A stretch of 64,000 nucleotides of DNA, from positions 6,758,001 to 6,822,000 of the forward strand of contig NW_026889796.1 in the NCBI RefSeq assembly GCF_033153115.1, written 5' to 3'. Shown here piece by piece: positions 59,740 through 64,000 of the stretch; the stretch's first letter is position 1, and the number at the start of each line of letters is the position of its first letter. The notes under the pieces were generated by a model. It did not search any database, had not been told where the DNA came from, and saw only the letters and a list, made by a program, of their open reading frames with translations. The position numbers were made by a program, and so were the translations under genes. The stretch comes from Saccostrea echinata (Eukaryota).

Positions 59740-60320
59740 AGCTTCTACATGAGAAGAACAGCAATTCTTGATATGGCCCTCAATTTAACATTTAGATATA
59801 TTGACGACATCTTATCACTTAAAAATAGTTATTTTCATTTTTATGGCGACTCTATTTATTCTAGTAGACTTGAATTAAAAGACACCACGGGATCTATCAT
59901 CTGTTTCATATTTGTTTATTTTACTGACTATTGACGTTAATGGCCAACTAACAACTAATAAAACTATAGAAACCAAGACAGGCCACTGACGAATAAATGG
60001 ATGTTACAAGCTTTCTCGTTCAAAGTATTCTATGGTCGTTGTAATGACCTCGTTTGCAAGTTCATCCTATCATTGGGTGGTATTTTGACATGTTAGGCTT
60101 TTGTTTTTACACTAACTTTGACTACGGATTACTCCGTTAACCTGATCAATACAGAGAGCTCACATTGTATGTAAGCAGTCGACAGGGGATGCTTACTCCT
60201 CTAATGTACCTGATCCCACCTGCTGTGTTTCCAGGGGTTCGTGTTTTTATGTCCTGTTCACAATTTGTATTTTTACAAAAGGATATGAGATCGATCACTT
60301 GTTTTATTTTCACCTTTTTT
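59740..60320 (+). mobile_element. Penelope-like retroelement remnant
   Basis: NLTFRYIDDILSLKNSYFH..IYSSRLELKDTT (RT YIDD motif) followed by the same tail as 58436-58975. Confidence 0.75.
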
Positions 60321-60744
60321 CATAAGAGTAAAGAGTGTAACAAATCAATTGTAAGAAGAGGACTTCATTTTGTTAACGTTATTTCTGAAAAGACAAGTTA
60401 CATGTATGTTTCGTCTTTTTCTCAACCATACTCAGCTAGTACTAACAAAATTGCATTAAATTATTACATAAATCTAATTTGATAATTCCATGGTCTGTTT
60501 CACTGGACTATGCCTCCTGATTATGTTTTATATGGTAGGCTTATATTCCAGGTTTTATATATATATATATATATATATCATTGACAGCTGCTTTTTCAAT
60601 AAAAATGGAACTCGTAAATATACTTACCTTGTCATTGGTCATTTGCAAAATTATTTTGTTAAAAAACATTCTGATTGTACACACAAGTACTCTGAAGACC
60701 TTTTTTGTATTCATATGAAGCAGAATTGTCCAAAATCTTGTACG

Positions 60745-60955
60745 TGAAAAGGAGAAAACACTTGTTGTGGTCTTCAACTCGACATTTAGATATATCGACG
60801 ACGTTTTGTCAATTAACAATAGTTATTTCCATTCTTATGTCGATACGTATACGATATATCCCGGTGAGCTTGAGATAAAAGATACCACAGAGTCTAACAC
60901 ATCTGTTCCATATTTGGATATTTTACTTGAAAAGGACGCTAATGGTAATCGCACG
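60745..60955 (+). mobile_element. Penelope-like RT fragment
   Basis: FNSTFRYIDDVLSINNSYFHSYVD..IYPGELEIKDTTESNTSVPYLDILLEKD. Confidence 0.8.
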
Positions 60956-61847
60956 ATATTGGTACTATAAAATCTGACTCTTTAGATGTCGTAAAGAAAC
61001 TGACGTTTTCAAGATGTTAAAGTTACTAGAAATTAAAATTGAAATTAATTATTTTATCCAAGGTAATAAAATATTCTAAAAATTCTCTTTTTAGTAATCT
61101 AAAAATATTTAAGTTTTGATATGGATTTATTCATTGTTGGTTATTACGGCTAAATTCCCGTGTCCAACGTTATATAAATTATTGTTCGCGCAACTGCAAT
61201 ATATAAAAAGATCCACTTCCAATCCTCTAAATTAAATGAAATTTAGGAAATACAACATTATGTATGCATTCTTTGTGATATTGTTGAATTTTTGACATCA
61301 TTTTCTCAATTTCATGAGTTTGGGCTGAATCTACAGTGCGAAAGTAAAATGTCCAACAGAAAAAAATCGTTTCTTAAAGTTGACATTAGCCCACATGGCG
61401 ATGTGTACTAGAAATAAATGCCAAACAAAGATAAATTTTGATGAGTAATCCTTAAGTACATATGTTTCAAAAATTAGTTATGTTGATACCTGTCAAATTA
61501 CTGCTAATACGTAAATATTAGTAAGACTTTGTTAGGTGTAGCCATTATGCACGTACGAGTTGCTGTACTATTACTTAATATATCTCAGTTACATATCAAA
61601 AATACATAAAATAATGTCATATATATAGAAATCATTACTTTATCTTGAAAGAACATTTCATACTGTATTAGAAAATAACATAGTTTTTACGGTAACCATC
61701 TTCATGAAATAAATGCAAGCATCAATATAAATGTAGCCATTTTGTCACAGGTACGAAAAACGTCATTTTACACCCTACATATATACGAATGACGTCGGGA
61801 GCGTTAAATTATTATCGCCGTCCTCTTTTTTCCAATTTTCTGCAGGT

Positions 61848-63128
61848 CCGGAGTACCAAGTACGATAGAAGGTCCTTCGACGATTATTTTAGAATAATCT
61901 TTTGTTTTAAATTTTTCTAAAATTTTCATTCAAACGCCGGTACCTCCTTTTTATTTTGTTGCAGCAATATCTAATTTAAAACATTACACGTTATTGTTCT
62001 CCCTCTCTCTCTCTTTTGCTAAAAGTGAGAGTGAGACCCCCTCCCCCTAAAAAGTAATAGGATTTCCGAATTTGGTGATAAGCCAGTTTTTTTTCTTGTC
62101 AATTTGGTAGGTTTTTTTTATTTAGCGAAACGTCCCCATCCCTCCTTTTTGCATGTCAATACCCCCACCCTCGATTTATAAAGAGAGCTTAACTACTAGG
62201 ACTGAAATAAAAACAAGAAAAGTTCAATTCAATAAAAGGCCAAATAATTTTTTTTCTTCAGTTTAGACACCTCCTATAATTCTAGAACCAAACTACCGAT
62301 TCACAAAAACATGTCAATACAAAAACCCAAATTAAAACAAGAACTTTATATCGGTCTTTTCCCTCTAGAGTCTTTTTCAGAAAACTGGCTCTTGAGTAGA
62401 ATTTCCCTTTCAGAAATCCCACACCAGATTCAATTTTCCTGGGAAATCCCTACTCTGTGTAACAGTTTTAAAGTGCGATTCCCTCAAAAGCCATTTTACC
62501 CCTTCTCCTATAAAATATCATGCCAGTACTTATATACGAGGGCAAGGGGGCGAGACATGGTTACAAATGTCCCTCTATAATTTTTCCACAGGTGCTCTCG
62601 CAGTAGACAATCTTAATGAAACTTCACAAAAATTGTAATAAAAAAGTCTAGTTGCGTCAAAAATTTAATTTAAAAAAAAAGAGGAATTTGATTTTTAATG
62701 GATTTTTTCTCCAGTTTTATTTCATCAAACTACATGTGCATAATATTGATTAAGTGTCTCTCCAAGTTTCTGGAATTTAAAATAGCTGTCCAGTATTACA
62801 CCTCTGTGGTCGAGGGGTCATACCTATCCTACAGCTTAGAAGAGCAGTGCTTTTTGTATTGTACTTTTTTTTAACTACTAAAATTCCATACTAAATTTGA
62901 ACAATTCCTGAGCAAAAACACTAATATTTCTATTAAAAAATCAGTTGATTTTCATATAAACTTTAATAATGTCGATATGATTTAAGCATTGATAAAACAG
63001 GGGAAAACCTACTCTGAGAAAGAAATAGGGGAAAAATAGGCTTTAGTGTAAGATTTCCCCTGGGGGAAATCCCATTAGATTCCGGGGGGGGGGGGGGGTT
63101 ATAGGGGAAATCCTACTTTGTACACCGG
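61848..63128. mobile_element. Possible non-autonomous DNA transposon with CCGG termini
   Basis: CCGGAGTACCAAGTACGAT versus right-end reverse complement CCGGTGTACAAAGTAGGAT; repeated GGAAATCCC motifs inside; no clear TSD. Confidence 0.35.
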
Positions 63129-64000
63129 TTGTCATAAAAATTACATCAATTAAATGTTTTGATTTCATAATTCCATTTTTCTCGTAGAAAGACACATTTT
63201 CTCTATCGTAGAAAAATATATTCCTTTGCAAAATCAAGGTTGTAAATGCTAAGTATATTACCTAATTTAAAATATTTTAGAAAAATATAGGAAGAAAATG
63301 AAGAATTCAAAAGGTTTCAATAAATAAGACAGGCGGGGGGGGGGGGGGGGTCGGGAAATGGGGTCCGGACCCCCCTCCCCCATGGGATTTTCAGTTATAA
63401 TTTTTTTTTGCTTGTCAAAAACTTCATATGAGAGTCATTTTTTTTTAACTGGTTGAACCCCCCTTCTGAAAAATTCCTGGAACTGCGCATAAGAGGACTA
63501 CCGATTTTCTGTGCTTTTCTCTGATCTTGGATGTCAAAAACCAAGGCACATGCAGGGCTTGATAGAGGTAGAAAACTTGAAATAACCTAATGGAAAAAAT
63601 GAAGGAGAAACGGTTGAAAGAGAAAGCTACTTGATGTTTTTCTCTATGCAAGACAGAGAGGACAAAGTGAGAAAAAAAAAAGAAAGAGAAAGAGGAATCA
63701 AGGGTATGAATGGGGATATGTATGCCTGTGGCAATTTCATATTAAAAATCTTACAATTTATTTATAAGATAATAAGATTTTTAGTGTACATCTTAATATT
63801 TTCAACGAAGATTCAAAAATTGAAAAGTTTGTGACCTATAATTTTTTTAGATTTAAAAAAAATAAATAAAATTTACATTAAACAACTAAAATATGCAATT
63901 ATAACGTTTAAAACGTTGTAACAACGTTATGACTTTAATAACGTTATTTTGACGTAACGTCAATGTGTACCAACACCGTGCGCAACGTCAATAACGAAGC

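Overview
AT-rich, intron-containing animal genomic DNA. The repeat landscape (Helentron-type elements carrying 130-170 bp satellite arrays, Penelope-like RT remnants) suggests a bivalve, probably an oyster; this is inference. Six spliced genes alternate in strand and were reconstructed by hand from GT-AG junctions: beta-tubulin (-), fucose mutarotase FUOM (+), syntaxin-18 (-), TM2D2 (+), centractin/Arp1 (-) and an NHL-repeat protein (+). Introns and intergenic DNA are full of non-autonomous mobile elements. The most notable is a complete miniature LTR retroelement (TRIM) in TM2D2 intron 3: each LTR contains a tRNA-like Pol III unit, with TG..CA ends, PBS, PPT and a 4-bp TSD, and a 922-bp DNA transposon is nested in its 5' LTR. 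Other observations: several sequence-unrelated 100-165 bp palindromes sharing a central hairpin-plus-bubble architecture, three CAG..CTG MITEs with 5-bp TSDs, a permuted RLE-type non-LTR remnant, a minisatellite apparently born from a MITE end next to a splice donor, and an apparent Gly->Arg change in Arp1. Coordinates were counted by eye; ends of degenerate repeats are approximate.
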